Part shown: positions 1-13,200 of the stretch, in pieces
How the letters are laid out: each line of letters begins with the position of its first letter
Numbering within the stretch: the first letter of the stretch is position 1
From: Balanoglossus misakiensis
Lineage: Eukaryota; Animalia; Hemichordata
Assembly: GCA_040954595.2 (NCBI GenBank)
Contig: CM082598.2
Location: 7,765,097-7,829,096, forward strand
Length of the DNA: 64,000 nucleotides
Direction: 5' to 3'
Made by a program: the position numbers and the translations under genes
The notes under the pieces: model-generated
Database searches by the model: none
Told to the model about the DNA's origin: nothing
Seen by the model: the letters and a program-made list of their open reading frames with translations, nothing else

Positions 1-135
1 GGCAAAAGTATGTGACGCCCCCCCCTAAACGTTTTAAAAAAAACAGATGGCCCCCCCTTTTGGACTTCAAAATTTAAGTGAACCCCCTGGATTTTGCCAC
101 CCCCCCCCCCCCGGCCGTATAAACTGAATGGTTCC
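1..135. mobile_element. Right end of a PIF/Harbinger-type non-autonomous element (same family as 31089-32170)
   Basis: Closely matches 32034-32170. Ends ...aaactgaatggttcc followed by TAA. Confidence 0.75.
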
Positions 136-1894
136 TAACTTTGTCTAGGTTGCATGTACATAGATAGTGGTTAGGAATCAAAATCAAAATCTGTTTCAAA
201 CTTTTCATCCAATACTTGTCCTTCGGAAAGCGTTTTGATGAAGTCGCTTGAAGTGCTTTGTATTGCTCATGTTATCGATAATTTTAATCGCACCTTGATG
301 ATAGTCAGCAGTTCTATATTGATATGTTATTTTGTGTATTTTTGAACCCCCAAAATCAAAGAATAAAATGATAAAGTGAAAATAAGCTTCAAAACACCAA
401 AAGTCTTCAGGATCACAAGTTTTCTGTAAAGAGTAAGATTTCGCTTACTTCATGCTATTAAGGTGGCATTGCATGAAAAGTTGTGATTTTTGCCAAATTT
501 TACTTCTTTACATAAATCGGTAGGCCTAATACTCACCCACATCCTGACTAATACGTCTTGGCGGAAATCGTGCACAATCACCCCCAAATAGCACTTTTCT
601 GAATGAGTTCACAGCTTAACAAATAGGTGTCAACAATGCAAATGGCCGTTTTTCTCGGTTTGCATTTTCGCTGCTTTTGACAACTTCGGACTAAAATAGC
701 TTCGCCCTGCATTGGCCGAATTTGCTCAAATTTTGACAGGGAATTGTGTATGACCCATCCAACAAAACGCTAGTTTTGTTTGTCGATAAAGTGTCCCTGG
801 CGGGAATAAACTCTGATTCAATACAACTCACCGTGAATTTGATCAAATTTTCTGAAAATCTAACTTTCAAACGCTGTTACTCCTGAAGTTTTCCGTAATA
901 TCTCTTGCAAAGTCAGATCTTTACACATTGAGATATTAGAATGGAAGTATACATTCCAAGTGACTTGTTGGGAGCATTGGGCCACCTAATCCCAGAAAAT
1001 TGCAATAAGACCTGTTTTTCCACTAACCAATCTAAACGCCAACTGCTTGTATATTTAGTTGGGTTTCTATAATTAACACACATTTTTGACAATATTTATG
1101 GCATGATGGACACTATTCTCGACAAATAAAATAATGTTGTGTCCACCGGTGTAATTTTTATGAGTTTGGAATCATAGACACCATTTATCTTTTGGTCAAC
1201 TCTGTTAACAGTCGCCAAAATTGCTGGAGTCGAACTGATATATGATCTAAAGTATCAAGACATATGGTCGATTATTAACGTTTCTGCAATTCGACTTAAG
1301 TTTCTTTAATTTCCTATGGCATTTTGACAAACATCAACGCCCCGAAAAAACGTTGTCAACGCTGCGGTGGCGATTGTGGTCGAAACAAAGCCGCGTGGTT
1401 CGTTACCCGGGGTCCATTTAGATTGCATTGCGTTTGAGGCCCTATGTCTGTCGACCAATAAATGTGACGACCGCGGACTCAGTTTGGATCAACGTCTATT
1501 TCGGGCAGTGGACTCTCCTATCAAGTTGATAAGGAAATTTTACCAGTCACGAGTAAGCCAAGACCACATCCTTGTGCAATTCGAATATATCGGTGATCTG
1601 TTTATATGATAATCATTAGCTAAGGTGGTAAACTGTTGCGATTCATATGTGTAATTTACGTACTGCAAGTTAAATATCGCAATTAGCCTAATGTTTGACC
1701 ACAGGCAGTATGGTTTGATTTCTAAAGGAGCACCTATTAATCCGAGAACAAATAGTTGCGCCTTTAAATTGTTTTTTAATAACTTACTTACCCCTATAGG
1801 TAGTTTAGTAACCATAATATCATTGAAAATCATTCTTTCCACAGTTCCTTGTATCAAATATAGAAATCTAAATTTATTTTGGTGTTCACAGATG

Positions 1895-2626
1895 TTATTT
1901 GGTGGGTGAAATTATCTGTATTGGTGGCCATTTTGAAAAATTGGTTGCCATGGAAACTCATCAACAGATATTTAGTGACTCGCTATCTGAATTTGTTTAG
2001 TACACATTAACACACATCTGAGCCAAGTTTGGTGCTTTTATCACAAAATGCACAATCGCTATGAAAATTAGGGTTTGGCCGCTCCACTACACTGGGCTTT
2101 AGACGGCCATATTGAATTGTCATATCGAGGCTCTTATCTCAAAATGAACTTCACACTTGAAGTATTGTTTTTAACAAGGTTTAAGTCCTTTATTAAAATA
2201 AAGAAAAGGTAATTTTTTCCAATGGTTGTGAGTTTTCAGTACATGTACTGTTACACCTAGCTTTATTTTTATTTGGTAGCCAAAAATCAACGAATTATTC
2301 ATACAATATGCAATTTTTTGCATAATTATTGTTTTATTGTTGGTATTTTGTGTTTATACAACCAAAAAAGCTGTTTATGTAAACATGTAGTTTATTTTCA
2401 TTGTTTAAGGAGGTACGTGAACATTTCTTTAATGCTATTCATGTGAGAATTGCGATCCTTGGCGGCCATATTTGATTTGCCAAAACGAGGCTCTTATCTC
2501 AAAAAGATCTTTTGGGAACAGGCATTTTCGAAATCAGCGTAGTCGAATTGACCAAAAAACATATTTGGTTTGCTTGTACCAAAAATGCCAGAGGGGGTCA
2601 CAATTTCTCATATCTCCACCTGACTA
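1895..2626. mobile_element. Two adjacent Academ-like terminal fragments (ending ...ccacta at 2089 and ...tgacta at 2626)
   Basis: Both segments end in CTA. The second reads TAGTCA on the minus strand, like the terminus at 44995. No partner TIR was found. Confidence 0.35.
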
Positions 2627-2848
2627 TTATCAGAGAGACCAGTTACGGTCCCCTTTGGTCATAATGCCCTGAATATATCATTGATCGCCTCATGGCATCA
2701 CACAGATAAACACACTTAATTTTAATAGGTTTCCTAGGGTACTCCATTCTAAACTATTTTATTCATCATTTTTAAAGATGGCAAAACATTGACAATGGCA
2801 AAGATGCTGAAAGCCTGTTTCCAAACATTCTTTGAGAAATCTTGTTAA

Positions 2849-3247
2849 GGATGTACGATCTCTAAAATTGAAAGTATTGTCATTTCTCTTAATTGTACAT
2901 TTTTAGTTTTTCCTTAAATTATAAGCATTAAAAAAATTGTGATAACATAGGTTTCACCGCGCTTGTTTTTGAAATACAAGACTGGGAATGAGTCAGCATT
3001 TCTCACCAATGGTTTGTCTATGGGCAAAACATTTAACGAAGTTTATCTCAAAATAGAACGCGGTGACCACACAATTTTATTTGACCAATGAATTTATTTT
3101 TACTTGACTGACTATTTGAATAATTTCGTGAAAATGACAATAGTAGAATTGAGTTTTTCTAGCGATTCTCAATGAAATCATTCATGGGAGAAGACAAATA
3201 CATACTAATTTGCACATTTTACAAGTTTATGTACTGCACGTACATCC
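2849..3247 (-). mobile_element. Kolobok-type MITE with TTAA TSD
   Basis: TTAA|ggatgtacg ... cgtacatcc|TTAA. Reverse-complement similarity to 43735-44144 and 23967-24270. Confidence 0.8.
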
Positions 3248-3689
3248 TTAAGAGCGGAGTCTATAGCAACTTTGGGGAAAAATTATCATAGAGAACACAG
3301 GTATCTTTCACTCTGCCCCCCCCCCCCCCCCAAAAAAAAAAAAAACAGCTCTGATCGTACCTTCGCCTCTTGGTATCATCCAAACACAGTGACTTTTAAG
3401 TGAGACAAGAACGTGTCGGAACAAATTGTGGTTTTAGGCCAAAGCGACATCTTTGATTAATGTGCGTATAACATCACAACACCATGGCCACACCCACTCC
3501 TTTGAGTGACATCTCGCTTAACTCAAAAATCATCGCAAAATAACATTGTTGCTAACAGTAATTGGCACTCAGCTATACATAGGGATAGTAGGTCCAAGCT
3601 TAAACTTTAACGATTCATGTTGATCGATTTTATCTGTGCAGTATCGAGCGGCGACATCGACAAAACAGTCAGGGTGTTACGCCCAAAGT

Positions 3690-4290
3690 AGAACTAATCG
3701 CTTCCACGTACTAGAAGAGATACGTGCGATTATAGACGTTGTTCATGGCGGGACGAATACATGTACACAGACTGGAGCTTTATGGTAAAATGAGGCTGAC
3801 AGTTTGAATTATGTGATATTATTCCATAAATTGTTTGCATTAAATATTATGGTTTAATTGTTGCAGAAAATGACACATTTTGAGGTTCAGTGCTGTGTGT
3901 ATTTGACTGCACGCAAATAAACTTTGTGAGCATGCAAATAAAACATATCCATCGTGAGCAGTGCATCTAGCAATGAACATTGTGCCGATCAATTTGTATT
4001 TTCTATTCAATTTTTTTTTGTTTCTGTCCTCTTTTATAATTGTGTTATTCAAACCTGCCATTTAGTCTGCTGTGTAAAACATTAGCAATGGTTTATTTCC
4101 TTTGACAGGGATGGGAGCATCTTCACCCGTGCCGGTCGATGTCTCTTGCTCTTTGACACTGCAGAATGTAGTTGAGCTGACAACCTGTGCGAGCGGACGA
4201 TGTGATTGAAGTGTTGTGTATCAAATGCTTTCACAAGAGGGCTTCCTGTTTCTCATGTTGTGTTCACACAAGGCTGTAATAAAATATGGA
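3690..4290 (+). pseudogene. Possible decayed C-terminus of an Academ-type transposase (YGW motif plus Cys-rich tail)
   Basis: Frameshifted pieces: HVL..., LY(G)W across a GT-AG intron (~3785-4108), then VVELTTCASGRCD and CIKCFHKRASCFSCC. Several stops and frameshifts. Confidence 0.3.
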
Positions 4291-5876
4291 CTCACCATAA
4301 AGAAGCTTTCGATGGCAGGACTTGCATGCACAACTTGGAGTGATGAAGAGACAGGCCGAGGACGGAACAGTCTTCACATACATCAAGCAGCAACACTTCT
4401 GTCACTAGTGTCAGACCATCCCAAAGCTTTTCTATTCTTTCAAAGTCCACTATAGTCATGTGATGATCAACCAGTCAGAATCGAGACTTGCACTTCAATC
4501 AGTGAGGGCGCACATAAGGGGTGGACCATTTGATATCCTGGAGAGGGGGTCTGGAAGATTTCCTAAAACAAAAAGATTTCAAACAAATGTCAATGAAACG
4601 AAAGTAGTTTTTTTTAAACTAGAGAAAAATAAGATGGCACATGAAGGTGAAAGGTAATAAGTCCACCCAAAGTTTTCTGAACGCATTCTTTAAAAATATT
4701 TGGGTGCAACTTGTAGACTGCATCATATATATTGTTTCTTTGCCCAGATTGTGTGTGTGTGGGGGGGGGGGTGTTCCCAATGTGCCCTTCCTATGATATC
4801 TGCAATAATTGTAGCCTAGATGGGATGATTGATCAATCCCGTCAGCGATCAACCAGCCCACCAAAGCTACAATTATTGGACCTATTCCTATGATAGCTGG
4901 ATCCAAAGGGTAAACTGTACAAAACAAATCATTGTCAGTATAAAATGTGGTAACTTTTGGCTTTTGTTTCTCCCCACTGAATTTCAACATCACAATATTT
5001 ATAATAACATTGCTGCCAAGAAATATGAATGAAGTTGCACAGTTCATATTAAAAATTACACCACTGGCTACTGTACTATATCATCCCACTTTTATGACCC
5101 TTTATGACCTCTACATCCTGGCATTTTGTCGGTGTGAGTTTACAATTTCGAGTTTACACTCTGGAACATCCAACCATGCTATTGAATCAATGCAGTTTTT
5201 CTCATTGTTGAACAAAACTGCTGAACATTGCCTGTTAGAAAACATTAGCTGTTGTATTAAACGTTGGATGATGAATGATGTCATACAAACAAACCACCAG
5301 GATGTAAGGTCACACAGGTGTCATAAAAGAGGCCTGTAAGATACTCTTGTTCTCTGCCCACTTTCTAACCCTGTTGTCACTAACCAGCAGCAGGAATGGG
5401 ACAGGGGTCAAGGCTATACCTATAGGAATGTTTGCTAACATTAAGTGTGTTTTAATACTTGAGTAAGTTGGGCACTATGAAAGGAATTGTCACTATTACT
5501 GTAGGGGGAGACATGAGTCTACTTGGTTGATTTATATTTTACATGTTGTGCTTAGATTAATAGAAATAATTTGTGCATGGTTAGTTAGGAACACTTCCAT
5601 AACTAGTCTGCAGTTTTGCCTCTGCCAAACAGTAAAAAAAAATAGGCAGAGTAGAAAATAAGCTGCACTCTCCTAAATATAAAATGGTTTACCCTTAAGT
5701 CTAATGTGATGAATAGTGTTATTCAATTTTTGTCAATAAAATGGCAACCACTTCAGTGTTCAGTGCAAACAGTGTGTGACATACTTTTCCACCTGACCAA
5801 ATCTATTAGAAACACATTTTTTTAAAAATAATTTGTTTTAAAGGGGCAGCTGCTATGACATTTGGGATATTAAATA

Positions 5877-6053
5877 CAGAAAAACCTGTCTGAACCGAAC
5901 ACTGAAGGCACTGAAGAAATTGTTCAGTTTACAGACATTTCCAGTTTGTAAAGGTTCTTTTAACATGTGATTCTATGTCGAAGGGACTGAAAAGGTGTTC
6001 AGTATAGACAGGTTTCCAGATTAGACAGGGTTTGGTTTTGACAGGTTTTACTG
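5877..6053. mobile_element. pogo/Tigger-like MITE
   Basis: TA|cagaaaaacctgtc ... gacaggttttactg TIRs with internal inverted subrepeats. Right TA is degenerate. Confidence 0.6.
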
Positions 6054-6321
6054 AAGGTTGAAAATTAATTCTATGTGGCCACTGAAGTTTCTTGTGCTAC
6101 TCCCAACAATATGTTGGAACCCACAATTTATGTATAAAATACCTTCCACTAAATATTCAAATGTCACCAAAAACATTTTACTCTAAGTAAATAAATATAT
6201 TCATATATTTTGTTGACACGCATATTTGCTTGTAACAGTAGTAAAATTTGTGATAGCATTACACACCCACAGGCAATGTTGACAAGTGAAGTAATGGGTA
6301 TATTAGCATGATGTTTTGAGA

Positions 6322-6925
6322 TGTTGTTGTTGTTGTTCATTTATTCCTCCTCGAAATAAGAAGAGTTACACCAACACATTAAATTACAGAGGTACTACTA
6401 TACTAAATTATATAAGAAGGCTTCTGACAATAAGCATTTCACGGTACTAAATTCAGTTCGCAAGTCACATTTGTACAAAGTCCAGCACAATTTCTTGAAG
6501 AGTTGCTTGTTCACCAGACTCCTGGTAGTCAATCATGTAAATTCTATCTCCTAAAAACAATGAAGTCAGGATTATTTGAGTTGAAAAGTTTTGTAGAAAC
6601 AGTAATTCTCGTTTTGTCGAAAAGACAGTCCCCAAAAGAGTCCCTTGCTGTTGTTGTATGACAACAGGAAGTTAACAAATGAATTAAAACATCATCAACA
6701 GTATTTTGACACTTAAAACAGACTTCATTTCTAGGAAAAGTAGTTTCATAATACTGTTAACAGTTTCACGGCGAAAAATGTGTAAAAATGTATACAAGTG
6801 AAATGGGGCTAACTTTGTGTGTAATCGCGTTCCATTTTGACTTTTTCCCCCAGTACCTATGTAATTTAATATGTTGATGTAAATCTTCTCATTTCGAGGA
6901 GGAATAAAGTTACAACAACAACAAA
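6322..6925 (-). mobile_element. LINE 3' end (ORF2 CCHC zinc knuckle, AATAAA and (CAA)n tail) with an inverted second copy of the tail
   Basis: Minus strand reads FPRNEVCFKCQNTVDDVLIHLLTSCCHTTTARDSF. 6322-6395 is an inverted repeat of ~6852-6925. Confidence 0.6.
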
Positions 6926-7229
6926 ATCTCTCTACCCGTAAGAATTCTCACCATTAAGGCACATTACTTGCATTTGCATCGGTTGTCATCTCGTGGTGGT
7001 GCATACCACAATACCACAGTTGTGTGTACCCTTTGTATGGAGGCCGATTAAACATGCGCGACACTGTTTATTATATCTGTTGCAACATACAGCCACAATA
7101 TTGCGTCGATAAGATGTTCATGTATCAGCAACCTTTTTTCGATAGACCAATCTAAGCTGAAAAGTAAATTGGTTTAAGCTGAAAAGTAAAATCATGAAAA
7201 TAATGCAAAAAGTGGCATCTCTTGAGAAT

Positions 7230-10200
7230 TTATGCAAGGCAATTGACACATGACCCTTAACACATGTACTCATAAGGAAGGGAGTATAAGAACCACGTTG
7301 GCAAACATTTTAATGCAAACATTGACCAGTTGTCATAAAACTGTCGGCCAATTTTATTGCTATTATTAACAGAGAATGGCCTTCACCTGTATCTGGTTAC
7401 ATATTGGAGTCAGTGAGACTCCATGTGTACCAGTGTCCAGTGCGTAATTGTTATCAGCACCGCTCAAGTTCATTCATACTTATTTTATTAAAACTTAAAC
7501 GTTTACTATTGTTCTTATTAGCCAACATCGATTGAATTGTTTTTAACATCAGCGCGTTCACATTCACGCATGTACCAAGTAAAGAAGTGTAAATGACATC
7601 CCTGCCCACACAAGACTACTATAAAAGTCATACGTTTGACATTTTATTTGTGAGGTTTCTGGGACTATTCCCTAGGTATTGTTGTTATTGATAATCTGAT
7701 GATTTAGTTTGGAGTTTGTTGACGTGCTGGCTGTTCAGCTTGAAATGTACAGGTACATATCATGAGCAATTTACTATGGGTCTTACAGATTAAATACCGC
7801 TTGTTCTATCGGCTTTACGGGTATAGACTTTGACAGCAACCACTCAACACACCTAATTTATAGCTCATAATGTTTGTTTAGTCGCTAGCAAAAAACACTC
7901 CACCACAATCAAGTAACAAACAAACACTTTACAACCAGATCACGATAAAGTCAGGAATTATCGTGAGCTACAGTTTATACACCTTTTTGGCAAATATTGT
8001 CGCAACCATGGCCCCGTTACACAACAGTTTCTGAGTTGCCTTAAGAGACTGTGTTTTTTGTCACGTTTTAATTATTCATAGGGCAATTCAAGTGCTGGCG
8101 AAATGGAACCAATGAGAACGTGCGTCTCATAAATGTACGACATGTAAATTTTAAGTGTTACTTTGCCATGCCGATTGGTAATATTTTTTTCTACTGCAGA
8201 TCGCTGTCCTGTGTGGAGGAGTGTACGTGTGTAAATGCATGTGCCCGTGTCCTTTTATGATCTGGAGACTTCGGTGCAGTCGCTAAGGACTGACTGTCAA
8301 AAGGACACTGCTCGAACAAGTACACAGTAAATCATGACATATTGAGTACAATATTGTATTTCAAGGGGTAAATTGTGCCAATTTAGCCTCTGCAGGCATA
8401 ATTGTGTGTATATTGGAAAATAAAAACATTCAGACTATATTACAATTCTGAATTCAAACCCCTGTCCACGATCCTATTTGGTAATGTGACAATATTTCCA
8501 GCTGGCACAATATTGTGAAAGGCTAGCGCCATACATGCGTCACCTTGAACGAACTCATTTCGGGTCAGAGGTCATCATTCGTTTTTATTGCCATATTTAT
8601 AGACCCAATGTTAGACAAAGTATCACAGGCATGTATTTCAACAGGTGTTTATCTCAAGCTAGGACCTGCTGCTCATAAAATTTACTTTACAACTTTACAA
8701 CAAAGGTTAATTGAAAAATACAATTTCTGGCCGATTAGTGAAGAGCATCCAATCAATGTGATGGTATTTGTAAGCCAACTTATCTAACTTTGTTTTGTAC
8801 TATATACATGTCTTTTGTCAGAAGTTTACTGTCAATTTTCTGATAGGGCTTCAATTATAAACAGCGGTAGCTTGGTTTGTGAACAAAAGATGTGGTGTTT
8901 CTTGTAAATAATTGATTTTTATCATGTAAAGAGGGGTCCCGCTTTCCCCTCACAGTCCTTCTGGACACAGGATTGTCAGTCTGGGGCTTAGGTCGACAAG
9001 CTCTGCAGGGCTGCACTCATAATAAAGTCGTCAGAGTCTGAAACAATGCACACTGCTGTTACCTCTGCCGTTCTTCAACCCCCACACCACCGAAGATTAC
9101 AATTATAACATCACCATAAAAGTATGACATACAGAATCTATCCCAGTACTATGATGACGTCGTTCTAAATGTATGATTGTTTTAAAATACCAAAACGATG
9201 TTGTTGCTTTTGACAGTGTGTGCATTGGAAGGATACTGGCTTTGCTCAGGACCAATCTTTATCATTCATGCAACGCCTGTATCGACTAATATGCTATTAT
9301 TATAAAAAAAGATAGGATGAGCCATAATTTTCACTAGTGGAAAAACAGATGAACTTTCACTGTGTGACCAGAACTATTTTTGAGAAGTAACGTGGTAAAT
9401 CATCACACTAACAGTGTTGTATGATATCGAAACCAGATGCAATTTTGTTTGGTTATAGGTATTGAGGCTAGAATATTTCACAAAGACTCGAAACTCATTG
9501 ATCAGAATCACACTAACCCACAACGTGCAAGTTGTGTAGTAAACGGACAGTAAGCTTTTCAGTACGTTCAGATCCTGGTCGCTCATAAATTCCTGGCTGT
9601 ATAGTCCACAAATCTGAAGACTACGGACTTTGGTCTTATGGTTTCAAGCCTATTTCTGTAAAAAGTTCAATGCTTACTAAAAGTTGACATATCTTAGCCA
9701 GACTCCTCACGAAGCAACTCGCTACACAGCGGTGCTGACAAGGGGTGGACAACCATTCCTATATTTGTGAGCGACGCACGGACTGTATTTTTGACAGATA
9801 TTGGGTTCCATTTTGATCATGTGACAATAGTTTGACTCCTTGTTGGGCAACTGCTCCACATATGAAAAATATGCAATGCGATATTTGTAAAACTTTGTGT
9901 AATATGTCTTGAATAGACACTATAATGTAATATCGAAATGACAGGAAATAACAGGTGTTAAATAGATCTCGTTTAGGATAGTCTCAGAAACGCGACAACA
10001 CCACTTTTCAATGTAAACAAAAACATCAACAAGCACTGTGTACACATTCCTCAAAAACAAAAGTAAAGCGGACGTGCCCATCGTAAATAATGATGGTTCA
10101 TTAATTAGATGTTCAGGATATTAATTAATATTTCCTCTTGCTAACCTACGTCTTCTTTTTATAACGTGGAATAAATAAAGGAAGGCTTGTGGCATCATTT

Positions 10201-13200
10201 CAAACTTCGTACAAATGTAACAAACTAATTATTGCTATATGAGCTAAATGTAGTCACGGACTCCATACGCTAAACACTGATTTCTGAATGGCACGCCGCC
10301 AAATCCACTGGATGTCGACCTGCAAACACGGCCAGAAAACTCGCTGAATGACAAAGCAAACAACTTTAAAGGAACCGCACTAATAACATCGCCGCTTTGC
10401 ATGCCACAACTGGCTTGCACAAATGGAATTCAACCAAAACCACTCGACACCATTTATTGCAACTAGTGTTTGATTTTGGACACGCAATAAAACAGAGGCC
10501 GTCTAGAGAAAAATAAACATATAAAGATTTGTAAGTCTGATTTCCCCTCTCTATAACATACCAAGTATGAGCTTTTATTCCCATCAGTTATCTGGCAATG
10601 TTAATTGTCAATGTGTGTAGAAGTATATCTTGTGGACTGTATTATCGTAGAGGGACATGCATGAGATAACAAAAAATACGGAGACTGAGATAAAGTTATA
10701 AACTAAAAAAAATCAATATCAATATATAATTTGTAAGCCAAGACGTGTTGGAAGAGGGGCAAATGACACACGAACCATAACTCAAATACGGATTTCCATC
10801 CCTGTACTACACTTGTCCTCCCTTTTGTCGCTACCGAGTCAATCAGACTCAACCCCCTAACACATGCAATGTAGACAACCGTTTCCTTGGCAAGTGCTTG
10901 CTGTTTTTATTACCGTAGAGAATGGCCTTCATCAACACCTGCCTCTGACTACATTTGAAGTCGGTGAGACTCCACGTGTGCCAGTGTTAATTGTGGCATT
11001 TTTATGATCACCGTTCAGTCGCACTAATCCTTTACGACTAGGATTTATTAAAAACCAAGACTAGTGTTCATAAAATTGTCAGCCTATATTGATTTTATTG
11101 TTGTTATCAGCGCTCTCTCGAAAGATATTTGTACCAACACATGGACAAAATGTATTCATAAATTTGACCTTCCAGCTAGGTTGTTTGGGACGATATGTAC
11201 ATCGAGAATTGTTTTTGTGGATATTCCGATCCGTTGATTTGTTTTGGATTTAATTATCTAACATACAATATATTCAGTTTGTAATCAAAAGAAACTTATT
11301 TTGGGTCTTTAAGATTAACTACATGTTCTATTTATTGTATTGGCTTTATGGCATACCAAAACCACTCAACATATGTAATATATAGCACAGAATGTTTGTT
11401 TAGTTAGTAGAGAAATACCCCACCCGTAAAACACACAATTAAGTACAAACATTTCTCAACCAGATCGCGATAAAGTTAGGATTATCATGAGCTAGAATTC
11501 ATACGGCTTTTTGCATTCAACACATTGGGGTAAACTATTCCCCGATTCTGGCACGTCATTTTATTTCATTTCCCAACTTTTGTCAGAGTAACAGAACATT
11601 TGGTTGTCAGTATGTTTTGGAACCTCGAAAAAATTACGGAAATCTCTCGTTATCGCTAAAGTTTTCAAAATTTACTGATGCGATCTCGCGACCTCAGCTA
11701 CACCACTTATGAAATGACCCGACATGACCCTACTTTGCATAACAAAGGTCGCATAGTCTCTGGCGCATCACTATGTTGAAAATCAATACGCCGCGATCGA
11801 AACTTCGATTTTTGTCAACTCTGTGAAAACATATGCAATAAGGGACAGTCCACAATTTACTTCCGGGGGGAGGCCGGAGGATTTTCAGGGGATGACCTGG
11901 ATGACAGATGAACTCCAAAAATGTATTAAATCTTCATAAGCTGGCATTTCCGGTAATTTTTACGGTGGTTTATTTTGTATATCTACAACAGTTTCTTGTT
12001 CTACTACTCTGTGAAGCATAATAAAATGTCCAAATTATTTGGCCTGCCAGCAAAGACCATATATGTACAATGAACAGTCAGTGTTGTTACTGTTGATAAC
12101 TGAGCTCAATTCAAGTCCAGACAAGTTTTAAAGAATTAGACTCTTTTGACAATCTATTTACTTTTCTATGACAAAAGATACAAGCAGCTAGTGATAAATT
12201 AATTCTACATTTTTTTAGAATAAAGCATAGTACGCCTAAAGTATTTTGTGGAGTGACTGTGAATAAAGTAAGACATAATAAATCTCATTCATTTTACTTG
12301 CTAAAATATGGTACCCGGGTAAGAATCCAGATTTAAAGCCATACTAGCCGTAACTCTAGTTAACTCTTAAGATTTGTTGACCTCGAAGTATGTGTTGATT
12401 TCTTTTCTATTTTGTTCTAAATTGCACAATGTATGGGCAAGATTTCTGATTCCTACAAACTAAAATAATACACAATGTTTATTTTTAAAATGTCTTTTTG
12501 TTCTTCAGTCTGAATCGTGCTTGTCTACAGTTTTTGTGAGGCTCAACACAGTCGAATTTGCAATTTCCGTCTCATTGAAAATATACTAATGGCACTTTCT
12601 GGTAAAATTAAATTTAAAGAGACATTAGCTTTAACTTTTGTCAATTTTTATCTGTATGTTTTAGTCTTCTGTGTCAAGTGCACTGTCTTGGTCCACTCCT
12701 TAGAGTATGCTCATGTGTAACAGCAAATATTCTGCCAGTGATGTACCTAATGTTTTGATTATAGTACAAACACATAAAATTATATTGTTTTGTGCCAGCC
12801 AAAATTGTTTAAAAAAATTTAAAAAATCATAAAATTGTGCATGACTACATTATTTTTTTAATTTACCCATTGAAAAACAAGAAGCATTTATTTATGTTTT
12901 TGCCAAAACTTGCAACATATTTTGAAAATACTGTACAGGACACAATCTCATGTTTGATTTGAATTTTCTAAAAAAAATACTTGATTGTTGATTGTAAAAA
13001 GGAGAAAGTAAAATGTGAAATTGTTAAACAATTGATAATTGTCAATTTCCTGAAACTGTCACACATAACCCATTGAAAAATGCTGTAAAAATTAAAAACA
13101 AATACTATGTCACTCTGCTTGATAATAAGATACAACGATCATAATTGTATATTTTCCTTTGAACAACCTCTGATGCAGAAGTGCTGACGCAGCGTTTTTT

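Noticed and set aside
458-1760. TTAA-GGTGGC start suggesting a Kolobok element
   Set aside because: No matching right TIR could be located, so boundaries are unsupported.
4518-4800. Harbinger-like left terminus (TAA|ggggtggaccatttgatatcc)
   Set aside because: Partner TIR not found; fragment only.
7405-7425. Iron-responsive-element-like CAGTG loop
   Set aside because: Pairing gives a 5- or 7-nt loop rather than the CAGUGN hexaloop on a 5-bp stem with a C bulge, and copy 2 reads CGGTG.
9374-9830. Minus-strand ORF vaguely like GPCR TM6 (DLNVLKSLLSVYYTTCTLW)
   Set aside because: No CWxP or NPxxY motifs and no continuous upstream frame, so the evidence is too weak.
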